Virus record (IMG/VR): IMGVR_UViG_3300005937_000008
Span: 8,267-72,266 of that record
Reading direction: 5' to 3' (one strand)
Source of the DNA: a virus
Taxonomy: Duplodnaviria; Caudoviricetes
Length of the DNA stretch: 64,000 nt
This document shows, one piece after another, positions 36,053-45,144 of this stretch. The notes under the pieces were generated by a model. The model was not told the DNA's origin. It ran no database searches and saw nothing but the letters and a program-made list of their open reading frames with translations. Position 1 is the stretch's first letter; each line of letters opens with the position of its first letter. The translations under genes and the position numbers were made by a program.

Positions 36053-36380
36053 TTTCCGCCGGAGCTGGCGCAGACGTTGACGAACCCTTCAAACCCTGCC
36101 GAATCTCCGCCACAAGCCCCCGAAGAGCCGTCGCCTGCTGGCGAGACTCCGCCAAAAACCCCGAGATATCACCGGAGCTGGCCCCGCCTTCTTCGTCATC
36201 CGTATTGCCAGGTGAAGCCCAACGCAGGAGAATCGCGTTCAGCCAATCCAGCCGGTCAGCGAGACGGCACGCCTCCTCCAACAGCACCATGTGCGCCGGA
36301 GTCAGAGCCGCAGCCGCCGTCATCTCCCGCCAGAGCCGCTCGCCCCGATCCCCCAAGTCGGCCGGAGGCGAATCGCTCAT
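35982..36380 (-). CDS. terS: Terminase small subunit
   Basis: RGERLWR...LLEEACRLADRLD..; position. Confidence 0.82.
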   Translation of the reverse strand: MSDSPPADLGDRGERLWREMTAAAALTPAHMVLLEEACRLADRLDWLNAILLRWASPGNTDDEEGGASSGDISGFLAESRQQATALRGLVAEIRQGLKGSSTSAPAPAEIAGGSGVADLSKRIAERRRKAEG

Positions 36381-36384
36381 CGAA

Positions 36385-36517
36385 TCCCCCAGAAATTAAA
36401 GGATCTTGCTCCTGAGATTTCCCTGCGGGGGGAGATTTTTTTCAGGGGCGTGTGGGGTCAAAGCGAGAGTGGATCAAAAAACGGACATTCCCACCCATGC
36501 GTGCACGTTTATGCAGG
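36385..36517. other. Candidate cos/packaging region
   Basis: AT-tract-rich non-coding gap between the HNH and terS genes, the usual position of cos in HNH-terminase phages. Confidence 0.5.
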
Positions 36518-36814
36518 TCAGAGGCTTGCAGCCCTCACCGAGTGCACCGCCCTCGGCTTCTTCCTCGCCCTTGCCTGGTTCGACTTGATGGAGTTGCAGC
36601 GGCGGTGGGCAAGCCTGCAGTTCGCCCGGTCGAGTGGGTCGCCGCCCTCCCACAGCTCGCGCACGTGGTCCACGGTTCGGGCCATCGGATGCGTGCGGCC
36701 GTCGAGGCTCTGGTCGACCCATTCGCCGCACCACCAGCAGTGCGTCTCCTCGGCGTAGACCTGGGCCTGCACGTTCCACCATGCCGTGCCCGCACGTCCC
36801 TTGCTGTAGGCCAC
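36518..36814 (-). CDS. HNH endonuclease (terminase-associated)
   Basis: CWWCG, TVDHV, AHRRCN..K; GGAGG RBS. Confidence 0.9.
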   Translation of the reverse strand: MAYSKGRAGTAWWNVQAQVYAEETHCWWCGEWVDQSLDGRTHPMARTVDHVRELWEGGDPLDRANCRLAHRRCNSIKSNQARARKKPRAVHSVRAASL

Positions 36815-36833
36815 GGCTACCTCCAGGCCTGAG

Positions 36834-37103
36834 CTACGCCACGCTCCACTGCCCCTGCTCGCCGAGGTAGAGGCAGCACCCGCACCTACTGCACAGAGCA
36901 GTGGGTCGCACATCTCCTAGGCCAGTGGTCTCAACAGGGCTGTGCTCTAGGCAGGTCCCTGCCTGCCGGAGCCTGATGACGAGTGCTGCAGCGCTACCTG
37001 CAGCAGGCTGGATACCCAGCAGGTCATGCTCCAGTACGGCGATCCTGAGCGGGTTACTGCGCTCCTGCCGTACTGGCTGCTCCTTGCGCCTGAAGGGCCA
37101 CAT
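36834..37103 (-). CDS. Hypothetical protein with Zn ribbon
   Basis: IAVLEHDLLGI; CLEH, CSRCG. Confidence 0.7.
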   Translation of the reverse strand: MWPFRRKEQPVRQERSNPLRIAVLEHDLLGIQPAAGSAAALVIRLRQAGTCLEHSPVETTGLGDVRPTALCSRCGCCLYLGEQGQWSVA

Positions 37104-37112
37104 GCCAGCAGA

Positions 37113-37262
37113 CTACGTGCTGCCCTCTGCAGGGTCGGTGCCGTAGTCCCCAGCGGCGAGGCGTTCGGGTTGGCGGCAGATGTCCCAGTCGCATGGGCTG
37201 CCGGGTTCGTAGTGCCAGCACTGCACTGGCGGGTCGTCGAGGTCGCCGTCGATGTCTTCCAC
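37113..37262 (-). CDS. Small Cys hypothetical protein (49 aa)
   Basis: Hand-translated MEDIDGDLDDPPVQCWH...CDWDICRQPE. Confidence 0.55.
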   Translation of the reverse strand: MEDIDGDLDDPPVQCWHYEPGSPCDWDICRQPERLAAGDYGTDPAEGST

Positions 37263-37264
37263 GG

Positions 37265-37396
37265 CTATCTCTGCAGCGTGTGCACGGTGGTCGGCAACAG
37301 CCAGAGCGCGAGCCCGGCGTAGGCCAGGCGGTCGCGCGGCGCGGTGGCGAGCAGCAGGAGGATGACGCCGACCGTGTAGCAGAAGACGTTCAGCAC
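37265..37396 (-). CDS. Small membrane peptide (43 aa)
   Basis: MLNVFCYTVGVILLLLA...AGLALWLLP; GGGAGG RBS. Confidence 0.55.
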   Translation of the reverse strand: MLNVFCYTVGVILLLLATAPRDRLAYAGLALWLLPTTVHTLQR

Positions 37397-37406
37397 GAGC
37401 CCTCCC

Positions 37407-37652
37407 TCAGGCGGCCTTGGGTGCGCGTTGCGGCATGGGCCGGTAGGTGGCGGCCTGTGCCTGCACGTCGGGTAGCGCGTACAGCGTCTTGTATTCGTGG
37501 CCTTGCCCGGAGTATTGGTCGGGCCGGCCTTGGAAGCGGCGGACTTTGCCGCGCCTGGCCCACTGCCGAATCACCGTACCGGGCACGCCGGTTGCTGCCG
37601 ACGCTTCGTGCTCGTAGACGAGGTCTTCGGGGTACAGGTCGGTCACGTTCAC
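37407..37652 (-). CDS. MerR/excisionase-like HTH protein
   Basis: ATGVPGTVIRQWARRG. Confidence 0.72.
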   Translation of the reverse strand: MNVTDLYPEDLVYEHEASAATGVPGTVIRQWARRGKVRRFQGRPDQYSGQGHEYKTLYALPDVQAQAATYRPMPQRAPKAA

Positions 37653-37792
37653 GCGCACCCCCGTGCATGCAGAAAGCCCCCGGCCGGAAGCTGGGGGCTG
37701 TAGTAGCTGCGGACACACGAGTATCCGGATGTGGGCACTGTGACATACCGCGATCACGTGCGCAAGCGCAAGGCCTGTGCGTGATCCTTCAG

Positions 37793-38446
37793 TTACGCGG
37801 CGGTGCGTGTGGCGAGGGGTAGGCCGAGGACTTCGGTGCGGTCGTATTGGTTGTCGCAGCCGCGGCATCGGGCGCCGGGTGTGGAGACGGTGACGCGGAG
37901 GATCGTGCCGCAGGGGCAGGCGACGGCGATGGGACGTTCCTTGCGTTCGCCGGTGATCTGCCGGTCGCACTGCCGGACGAGGCTGGTGACCTCCGTGGCG
38001 AACTCTCCGAACGCCGGGTGCGAGCTCGCGGCCCATTCGAGGTTGACGCGTAGCTGGTAGACGACGCCGTCGAGTTGCTGCTGTAGTCCGCCCTGCCAGC
38101 GGGGGTGCCGCCAGCCGAGGTACTCGTGCCAGTCGACGAGCCAGTCTTGGAGAACGGTGACGACTCCGCCGCGCGCCATGAGGCTGAGGGGTTCGAGGCG
38201 GAGCGGGAGCGGGGCGGTGCGCGAGGAGGACACCATCACTCCGTCACCGCCGCGACCGGGAACAAGGCGTGTGGCCAACTGGGCGTACAGGCCGTCGGGT
38301 CCGGGGAGTTGACGGAGCGCGAGGTCGACGCGGTCCTGGCAGAGCCGGCATGCCACACGGCCGAGTTCGTCGTGCCGGAGCGGGCGATGACACGCGGCGC
38401 ATGTCGGCCACACGTAGTCCTCGGCGGGCAGGGTGCGGTCGTTCAT
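37793..38446 (-). CDS. Zn-binding protein, putative late-gene regulator
   Basis: CxxC pairs at both ends; position before the packaging genes. Confidence 0.65.
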   Translation of the reverse strand: MNDRTLPAEDYVWPTCAACHRPLRHDELGRVACRLCQDRVDLALRQLPGPDGLYAQLATRLVPGRGGDGVMVSSSRTAPLPLRLEPLSLMARGGVVTVLQDWLVDWHEYLGWRHPRWQGGLQQQLDGVVYQLRVNLEWAASSHPAFGEFATEVTSLVRQCDRQITGERKERPIAVACPCGTILRVTVSTPGARCRGCDNQYDRTEVLGLPLATRTAA

Positions 38447-38556
38447 GGTGCGCTCCTTGGCGGCGGTACAGGGAACACGGTGCTGCTGCTGCCAATGGTG
38501 CACTAGTCCGTCGACAATCCGGGCCATTGGCCCACCTGCCGCCTCCCGCGCATGCC

Positions 38557-38585
38557 GAAGGCCCCGCCGGGGTGGCGGGGCCTTC
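38557..38585. terminator. Terminator ending the transfer module
   Basis: GAAGGCCCCGCC-ggggt-GGCGGGGCCTTC. Confidence 0.8.
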
Positions 38586-38600
38586 GCGTTGCCGCCCGGT

Positions 38601-38810
38601 TCAGGTGGCGGTCGCCTGGGTGCAGGTGTTGGCGTGGTCCTGTGCCCACTGGATGGCTTGGGCTGTGGCGGTGCCGGTGTCGGTGAGGCTGTCGGCGCCG
38701 GCGGTGTAACGGTGTCCGTGGGGGCATTGGGCGTCGGCGAGCAGGTGGACGGTGACGGCGGTGCAGGCGCCGTTGATCGTTGCGGTCGCGGTAGGGGTGG
38801 CGGTGGTCAT
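38601..38810 (-). CDS. Small mobile-element protein
   Basis: AQCPHGH...WAQDHANTC. Confidence 0.65.
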   Translation of the reverse strand: MTTATPTATATINGACTAVTVHLLADAQCPHGHRYTAGADSLTDTGTATAQAIQWAQDHANTCTQATAT

Positions 38811-38824
38811 GGGTACTCCTTGGG

Positions 38825-39247
38825 CTAGGGCTTCTTCTTGCCGGGCTTACTGCCGACCTTGGCGTTGACCTTGGATGCGGCCCAGCCGACGGCGACGATG
38901 ACGCCGACCAGGCAGGCGACGAGCATGGTCAGGTTCTGGCCGACGGCGCCGATGATCCCGATGAGGGTGCCGCCCATGAGGACGACGATCGCGCACGTGC
39001 AGGCGGTGACGGCGACCATCACGAGGACGACCAGGAACGTGATGATGATGAGGCGCTGCAGGGCAGGGTCGAGGCCCTGCGGCTGCGGCGCCTGCACGAT
39101 GATCGGGGCCTGGCTGGGCTGCCCGATCACGACATGATGCGGTCGGCCGTAGTCGTCGTAGACGACGTTCGGCGGCCGGTGGTGGGCGGGAATGACCGGC
39201 TGCTGCCCAAGCACGTCGGGCAGCTGCTCGGGCGGCAACTGGGTCAT
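38825..39247 (-). CDS. Spd-like membrane protein
   Basis: Pro/Gln-rich N-terminus, two TM helices, basic tail. Confidence 0.7.
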   Translation of the reverse strand: MTQLPPEQLPDVLGQQPVIPAHHRPPNVVYDDYGRPHHVVIGQPSQAPIIVQAPQPQGLDPALQRLIIITFLVVLVMVAVTACTCAIVVLMGGTLIGIIGAVGQNLTMLVACLVGVIVAVGWAASKVNAKVGSKPGKKKP

Positions 39248-39258
39248 GGCGGGTCTCC

Positions 39259-39528
39259 TTACGGCTTGCAGGTGGGGTAGGCGGCGCCGACTTGGCAGTG
39301 CAGATAGGTCGGCTTGGACACTTCGAACCGGTGGCTGGCACCTTGGGTGTCGCGGGTGGTGAGCCACAGGCGGGCCTTGCAGCGGCCTCCGGTGCAGTCC
39401 CACCGGTTGTTCTCGTGGGCGGTGACCATTCCCGACGGGCCGACGGCTTCGGGGTTGCAGGTGCCTGCAGTGAGGGCGAGGACGGCGCCAACGGCCGCCA
39501 GCCCTACGCGGGCGCGCGTGATTCGCAT
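39259..39528 (-). CDS. Small secreted/lipoprotein-like Cys protein
   Basis: Signal-like N-terminus ending LTAGTC; four further Cys. Confidence 0.65.
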   Translation of the reverse strand: MRITRARVGLAAVGAVLALTAGTCNPEAVGPSGMVTAHENNRWDCTGGRCKARLWLTTRDTQGASHRFEVSKPTYLHCQVGAAYPTCKP

Positions 39529-39536
39529 CAGGGCTC

Positions 39537-39866
39537 CTATCGGAATTTACGGGCGGCGGCGTCGGAGCGGCGCACCTTGGCCTTGGCGTCGTTGCGGGCC
39601 TTGCGGGCGGCCTGCTTCTCGGGGCCGCGGGCGGTGCGCAGGGCAACCTCGGCGCGGGCGAGGTCGTCCTCGGCGGCATCGAGGTTGCCGAACGCGATGT
39701 GGGCCTGACGGTCGCGGCGTTCCTGCGCCTTGTCGTAGATGCGGTCGGCACGGTTGCCGTGGCCGCCGTCAGCGGACTCGTGGCCGTTCTTGACGACCTG
39801 ACGGCCGCCCTTGATGGCGTGGCCGGCGATGCCGAAGACCTCGCCCCACGTGAACATGCCGGGCAT
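39537..39866 (-). CDS. Basic coiled-coil hypothetical protein of the transfer module
   Basis: RBS GGAAGGA; codon bias. Confidence 0.7.
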   Translation of the reverse strand: MPGMFTWGEVFGIAGHAIKGGRQVVKNGHESADGGHGNRADRIYDKAQERRDRQAHIAFGNLDAAEDDLARAEVALRTARGPEKQAARKARNDAKAKVRRSDAAARKFR

Positions 39867-40054
39867 GGTGGTTTTCCTTCCGGTTAGTGGACTGGTGTGG
39901 TTGTGCGGGGTGGTGCGGTCCTGCGTTTGAGGGGGTCTAGCGGGCCTCTGAGGGCCTGCCTCACCTCGTCACCAAATCGACATTCATGCAGGTCAGTGCA
40001 GGTGGGGTACGAATGGTGGGGCGGTCGGTGGAAAGTCACCGCCCCACCTGCGCC

Positions 40055-42202
40055 TCACCTTGCTTCAGCGGATTCCGTTTCGCGGTTGCCGAGGGCTCGT
40101 TGTACGCGCTGGAGGTGCACGACGGGGTAGCCCTGGTAGACGTTTGTGTCCTCGCCGTGGTCGGTGAGGAGGCGGCGTAGGCGGCTACCGTCCCAGTCGG
40201 TGTAGTATGCCGGGTTGAGGTTCTTCAGCCGGTGCAGGACCTCGGGTGTGCGGACTCGCTCCTGCCCGGACATGACCTGCTCGAGGTCGGCAAGCTCGTC
40301 GACGTCTGCGACGGCTTCCAGCTTGTGCAGGGTGGTGACCTGCCTGCGTAGAGCCTTGGCCCGGTCGGTGATGGCGATGGCTTCGTCGTCGTCGATGAAG
40401 TGCGTGCGGACGTTCTCCGACACCTGCCCCTTGGGCATGTCGATGCCGCTGCCTGCGACGACGAGCTGGCCCTTGTCGATGTCCTGCCGCAGCTTGTGCG
40501 GGGCGGCGCCGGCGACCACGGGAGCGTCACCGAGAGCCATCTTGGCCTGCGACTCGCTGCCTAGGACCAGGGAGGCGCGCAGGTGGTTGCCTTCGCGGGA
40601 CCGCTTGGGCAGGTTCTGGTCGGTGGGGTCCTGCGTGCCTTCCCAGATGGTGACGTTGACGGCACGGCCCTGATCGTGGATCTTCTTGACGGCCTGGAAG
40701 TACCGTGACGTGGCCTTTTGCCCCCCGTAGGGAGCCCCGTACTTGACGTTCCCCTTGTCGTCGACGTACTCCTCCCGGGCGCCCGACCCGTAGGCGACCT
40801 GGGCTTCGTCGACGATGCAGACCAGCGGATCGAACACGGTTCCCGCGGGAGCCAGCAAGCGCCGCTGCATCTCCTCGAAGACGTCCTCGACCATGTGCGT
40901 GACGTCCTTGACGTGGTCGTCGGTGGGGCCTTCGATGAGGATCGTGGCCAGGCCGAGGAACATTCGCCAGTCGCCGATGCCCTTGAGGTCGCCGATGCGG
41001 AACTCGACGGTCGGGTCGAGCGAGAGCCACAGGGCGAGGGCGCGCAGGGCTGCGGTTTTGCCCTGGTTGGACAGGCCGGTGACCAGGATGTGCTTCTGGT
41101 AGAGGCTGACGAGGACGGCATCGCCGCGCAGGCTGAGGCCCCACGGGGCGCGGCCGCTCTTGTATCTGGCGGTCATCGTGGTGTCGGTGACCAGCGGCGA
41201 TACAGGCACGGGCTCGTCGAGGGCGCCGGAGTCGGCGACCCAAAGGCGGACGGTGCGGGGCTGCGGGGCGACGCTGATGTACAGCTCGTGCTCGTGCCGG
41301 CCGAGGTTCTCGGCGAGCTTGCGCCGCTTGTTCTGGATCTCCAGGGTGTCGACGCCGGACGGCAGGTGGACGTCGAGTTCGACGCCGCAGCCTGCGATGG
41401 CGATGGGCGACAGCATGGAGGCGCCTGCGTCTTCCATGTCGATGATGGCCTTGCGCAGGGTGGAAATGCCCAGGTCGCGGAAGGCTTTGACGACGATCGA
41501 CGGGGTGATGGGCTCGCCGTCGCCGCGCACGCTGGCGGGGAGCGCCCAGCGCGGGGCGGCCTGGCGTTTGCGGCCGGTGCTCCAGAGTGCGATCAGGCCG
41601 AGGGCGGGCCCGAGCATCTTGGCGGCGCCCCATACGACGGCGCCGATGAAGAACGCCCAGTCGACCATCTCAAGGAACATGTGGAAGGGAACGAGCACGT
41701 CAGCGGCGTTCTCGTTGGCGACGGCGAGGGCGATCCCGCCCATGGTGAGCGCGCCGAGGCCGGTGAGGGCGACCGCTCCTGCTGCGCGGGGCGCCTGGCG
41801 CATTGCGCCCAGCATGTCCATGCGCCGCTGGTGGCGGGCCTGCCGGAAGCGGTGGGCGCGCTCTTCCCACTCCTTGGCTTCTTCGGTGTTCCCGACGGCT
41901 TCGGCGGCGCGGATGTTGCGGCCGTAGCGGGCGGTGGTGCGCTCCTCCCAGATGCGCCGCCACGCGATGCGTGCCCCGCCTGCGGTGTAGGCGCCGTGGC
42001 GGACGATGATCCGGCATGCGGAGCGGGTGCGTTCGTCGGTGAGCGCGGCCCGCATCCGTTCGCGTGCACGGCGCCGCTCCGCCTGCTTCTTCGCGACCCG
42101 CTCCGGGAGAACCTCGAGGGACGCCTCGGGGGCGGGCGTCTTGACGAGTTTGAGGGGGCGCTCTTGGCAGTCGTCGAGGGTGCCAGGGATGTCGATAGTC
42201 AT
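40055..42202 (-). CDS. FtsK/SpoIIIE-family DNA translocase, TraB-like
   Basis: Two N-terminal TMs; GLSNQGKT Walker A, VCIVDEAQ Walker B; C-terminal wHTH. Confidence 0.88.
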   Translation of the reverse strand: MTIDIPGTLDDCQERPLKLVKTPAPEASLEVLPERVAKKQAERRRARERMRAALTDERTRSACRIIVRHGAYTAGGARIAWRRIWEERTTARYGRNIRAAEAVGNTEEAKEWEERAHRFRQARHQRRMDMLGAMRQAPRAAGAVALTGLGALTMGGIALAVANENAADVLVPFHMFLEMVDWAFFIGAVVWGAAKMLGPALGLIALWSTGRKRQAAPRWALPASVRGDGEPITPSIVVKAFRDLGISTLRKAIIDMEDAGASMLSPIAIAGCGVELDVHLPSGVDTLEIQNKRRKLAENLGRHEHELYISVAPQPRTVRLWVADSGALDEPVPVSPLVTDTTMTARYKSGRAPWGLSLRGDAVLVSLYQKHILVTGLSNQGKTAALRALALWLSLDPTVEFRIGDLKGIGDWRMFLGLATILIEGPTDDHVKDVTHMVEDVFEEMQRRLLAPAGTVFDPLVCIVDEAQVAYGSGAREEYVDDKGNVKYGAPYGGQKATSRYFQAVKKIHDQGRAVNVTIWEGTQDPTDQNLPKRSREGNHLRASLVLGSESQAKMALGDAPVVAGAAPHKLRQDIDKGQLVVAGSGIDMPKGQVSENVRTHFIDDDEAIAITDRAKALRRQVTTLHKLEAVADVDELADLEQVMSGQERVRTPEVLHRLKNLNPAYYTDWDGSRLRRLLTDHGEDTNVYQGYPVVHLQRVQRALGNRETESAEAR

Positions 42203-42205
42203 GGG

Positions 42206-43114
42206 TCAGCTTCCGGTGAGTGCAAGGACGTTGTCGGAGCCGAGGGCGGCCAGGTCGGGGCGCTCCCGCTCGATCTCGGCGCGCAGCTTCTGGGCGTGCT
42301 GGCGGGAGGTGTGCGGGTAGCCGGGCAGGGCAAGGAGGGCGGCGGTCATCTCGCCCTCGACGGGGCGCCTCTTCTTGCTGTCGTAGAGCGCCTCGATGGC
42401 CGCCTTCGCGTCGGCGCGGGAGGCGCTCCGGGGGCGCTTCGCTGCCGCCTTGCGGGGCGCCTTCTTCGACGCCTTGGGGGCGCTCTGGGGGCGCTCCGGC
42501 TTGACGGTTCGGGGCGCCTCGGGGGGCGCTCCGGGGGCGTCGCTCGGGGCGCTCTGGGGCGTCGTCTCGGGGCGCTCCAGGGCGGGTGCCGGGGGCGCCT
42601 CGGGGGCGGCAGTCGGAGCGTCGGCGGGGGCGCTCTGGAGCGTCTGGTTCGCCTCCACTCGGGGCGCCTCGGGGGCGGCCGGAATGCGGGCGGCGAGAGC
42701 GCCGTGCAGCTGCTGCATGAGGGCACCGAACGCAAGCAGGGCGGCGATCGGCGGGACCGCGGCAACGACGTAGTCCATGGGCTGGGCGTGCGATCCGACA
42801 CCGGCCACGTTCAGGGCGATGGAGCCGCCGGAGCCGGCGACGGTGAGGCCGATGGCCCACGGGTCGACGGCCCGGCGCAGGCTCGCCCGCAGGATGAGGA
42901 CTTCGCCGATGAGGATGAACAGGTCGACGGTTGCCGGCCACGCCCAGGAGCGGACGGCGGAGTGGCCGAGGCCGTAGCGGGAGGCCACGTCGTGCAGGTG
43001 CTCATATGACAGCCAGAAGGCGGCCATGGTGAGGATGACGCTGGCGACGGCCGCGATGACGGCGAGCGTCGCGAGGACGTTCGGCTGTTCACGCGGCTCG
43101 GTCTGGGTGGTCAC
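42206..43114 (-). CDS. DUF2637/SpdA-like membrane protein with repetitive linker and C-terminal HTH
   Basis: AFWLSYEHL, WAWPATVDLF, four TMs; start near 43114 (GTG) is approximate. Confidence 0.82.
   Translation of the reverse strand: MTTQTEPREQPNVLATLAVIAAVASVILTMAAFWLSYEHLHDVASRYGLGHSAVRSWAWPATVDLFILIGEVLILRASLRRAVDPWAIGLTVAGSGGSIALNVAGVGSHAQPMDYVVAAVPPIAALLAFGALMQQLHGALAARIPAAPEAPRVEANQTLQSAPADAPTAAPEAPPAPALERPETTPQSAPSDAPGAPPEAPRTVKPERPQSAPKASKKAPRKAAAKRPRSASRADAKAAIEALYDSKKRRPVEGEMTAALLALPGYPHTSRQHAQKLRAEIERERPDLAALGSDNVLALTGS
42259..42668. repeat. Cluster of GGGGCGC direct repeats (minus strand GCGCCCC)
   Basis: At least 12 same-orientation copies, e.g. 42431, 42454, 42477, 42488, 42511, 42523, 42546, 42569, 42592, 42627, 42661. 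Confidence 0.75.
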
Positions 43115-43320
43115 GCGAGCCTCCGGGTGAGGGCGAGCCACACGGCGGCGGCGAGTCCGATGAAGATCTGGACGGCGGTCTGGGCGAGGAGCAGGGCGGC
43201 ACCGTGCACGGCGAGGAGTAGGGCTGCCAGGAGCAGTGAGCCGATCGCTGCGGCCAGGCCGGGGAAGTAGCCGGTGAGGATGAGGAGGGCCGCCAGGAGC
43301 GACCAGAGCAGCGCGCGCAT
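43111..43320 (-). CDS. Small membrane protein (Spd-like)
   Basis: Entirely hydrophobic, 69 aa. Confidence 0.72.
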   Translation of the reverse strand: MRALLWSLLAALLILTGYFPGLAAAIGSLLLAALLLAVHGAALLLAQTAVQIFIGLAAAVWLALTRRLA

Positions 43321-43346
43321 GGCGGGCTCCCTTCAGGTAGTGGCGG

Positions 43347-43559
43347 TCAGGCGTGGGCGCGGCGGTAGAAGACGATCTGCATCGGGATGAAGGTGGCGAT
43401 CGCGGCGGCCAGGGCGGCGCCGGTGATAGCCGCGTTCGGCAGTCCGGCGGCCGTGCTGGCCCTGTCCGCGATGAACCCGGCGAGGATCGACGCGCCGATG
43501 ATCAGCAGGGATTGGCGGTACGTGAACTTGTGGGACATGAAGGCTCGGAACGTGCGCAT
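43347..43559 (-). CDS. Small two-TM protein
   Basis: MRTFRAFMSHKFTYRQSLLIIG...; GAGG RBS. Confidence 0.68.
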   Translation of the reverse strand: MRTFRAFMSHKFTYRQSLLIIGASILAGFIADRASTAAGLPNAAITGAALAAAIATFIPMQIVFYRRAHA

Positions 43560-43651
43560 GACGGCCTCTCTTCGGTGGTGCGGATGGGTGTGTGGTGCTG
43601 GCCAGGTCTCCTCACCGCCGGGGGTGCAGGGTCCGGCGGATCGGGGAACGG

Positions 43652-43810
43652 TCAGCGGACGATCATGTGTTCGGGGTGGCGGCCGCCCATGTGGGCCACG
43701 CACTCCGGGCAGTCCTCGCGCCAGCCGAGGTGGCGGTGCGCGGACCGGTCGTGCGCGTGCCGCCAGCACTGACGGCACTCGCCCCTCGGCGGGTTGTTGG
43801 GATCCGGCAT
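43652..43810 (-). CDS. Small Cys/His protein resembling Streptomyces plasmid pRL2-8-type proteins
   Basis: PPRGECRQCWRHAHDRSAHRHL..EDCPECVAH. Confidence 0.65.
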   Translation of the reverse strand: MPDPNNPPRGECRQCWRHAHDRSAHRHLGWREDCPECVAHMGGRHPEHMIVR

Positions 43811-43815
43811 CGCGG

Positions 43816-43956
43816 TCAGCCCTTCGACTTCCGGCCGTGCGCCTGGTCGAGGGCCTTGCCGGCTTCCTTGACCTGGCCGGACTTGATGCCGCCGTAGACC
43901 TTCTGGCTCTTCGCGACGGCGGCCGGGCTGGTCAGGTCGGTCTTCTTGTCAGACAC
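43816..43956 (-). CDS. Small basic hypothetical protein
   Basis: GTG with GAGGA RBS; MSDKKTDLTSPAAV... Confidence 0.6.
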   Translation of the reverse strand: MSDKKTDLTSPAAVAKSQKVYGGIKSGQVKEAGKALDQAHGRKSKG

Positions 43957-44092
43957 GCGGTGTCCTCTCGGATCGGTGGTTGGTGTCGGTGCGTGCCCCG
44001 GGCTGCGGTTGAGGCGGCGGCCCAACTTCGGCCTAGCCGGGGCTGGTTGCCGTGGCGCGGGCGGGGGATGCCCGCACCCGGCGGTCTGGGGG

Positions 44093-44257
44093 TCAGGCGG
44101 CGACCGGGAGTCGCAGCCCGCGCAGCTCGTCGACGAGCCGCGGACCCAGCTGGGTGACGTCGTCGACACCGGCGGCCTGGTCGAGGATCAGACGACGCGT
44201 CTCCTCGTCGGCGGCAATGAACTGGTCGATCAGACGGGCACGGTCCTGGATAGACAT
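44093..44257 (-). CDS. Small hypothetical protein
   Basis: Hand-translated MSIQDRARLIDQF...LPVAA. Confidence 0.6.
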   Translation of the reverse strand: MSIQDRARLIDQFIAADEETRRLILDQAAGVDDVTQLGPRLVDELRGLRLPVAA

Positions 44258-44366
44258 GACGGATCACTGACTCTCTCTGGGTGCGCGGGGATGGTGGGGT
44301 GGTGCGGGTTGGGCACCGCGGCGGCGGGTGCCGTGGGGGTGCGGATTTCTCCGCCGCCGCGGCGGT

Positions 44367-44501
44367 CTATCGGGTGCGGCGGGCTTCGGCGTCGACCTCG
44401 GCCTTCAGCCGCCTGGCCGCAGCGACCGCTTCCGGGCCGCGCCTCTTCGAGCGGCGAAGGTGGTCGGCGGCAGCCAGCTGCTCCGGAGTGCGGCGGATCA
44501 C
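44367..44501 (-). CDS. Small basic hypothetical protein
   Basis: GTGA overlap; MIRRTPEQLAAADHLRRS... Confidence 0.55.
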   Translation of the reverse strand: MIRRTPEQLAAADHLRRSKRRGPEAVAAARRLKAEVDAEARRTR

Positions 44502-44974
44502 TGCTGCTCACCGCCGTCATGCTCGTCGAACACGGCCAGGAGGTGCGTCACTGCGACTTCCAGCCGGCCGAGGGCACGGGCCGTCGCCTGGCCATCGCCC
44601 GCGTCCGTCTGCTCGGCGGCGGCCAGCGCCTCACGGGCCTGACCGATGCGGTAGCGGTCGTGGCCGGTCAGCCGGAACGGGGCCCGGTCGCCGACCGGGT
44701 CCAGGTCGGCACGGATCACACCGTCCACGCCACCCCGCCGGAACACTGCCTGCAGCCGGATCGTCCCGTCACTACCGGCCAGCTCGGTGGGGGTGGCGCC
44801 CAGGTGTGCGGCCCACGCCTCAAACACCGTGCGCTCCGACGCGAGGCCGACCAGGCCGCCCGTATCCGTCAACCACCACGCGACCGTCGGCAGACCGTGG
44901 TTCTGCTGCGCCTGCAACAAACCACCCAGCTCCGAGTACGCCAGCCACTGCCGGAACTCCGGACTGTTCGACAT
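44498..44974 (-). CDS. Hypothetical protein
   Basis: ATG overlapping the previous TGA; codon bias. Confidence 0.68.
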   Translation of the reverse strand: MSNSPEFRQWLAYSELGGLLQAQQNHGLPTVAWWLTDTGGLVGLASERTVFEAWAAHLGATPTELAGSDGTIRLQAVFRRGGVDGVIRADLDPVGDRAPFRLTGHDRYRIGQAREALAAAEQTDAGDGQATARALGRLEVAVTHLLAVFDEHDGGEQQ

Positions 44975-45144
44975 CAGCGCACCTCCCCAGCCGGGACAAC
45001 CACCAGGAACACGTCCTCGTCCAGCAGCATGACCACCTCGGCCGGCACACCCTCCATACGGCGGGCGTGCGCGAACTCCTCCGCCGGCCAACTGCCACGC
45101 GGGGAACCGGCCGGGAACCGCTCGAGAACGGTGCGGGCGGTCAC
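44974..45144 (-). CDS. Small hypothetical protein (FPAGSPRGSWPAEEFA)
   Basis: GTGA overlap; motif typical of Streptomyces mobile elements. Confidence 0.65.
   Translation of the reverse strand: MTARTVLERFPAGSPRGSWPAEEFAHARRMEGVPAEVVMLLDEDVFLVVVPAGEVR

Noticed and set aside
40055-42202. FtsK as a host cell-division gene or packaging ATPase
   Set aside because: It lies among Spd-like genes, and the phage already has TerL, TerS and a portal
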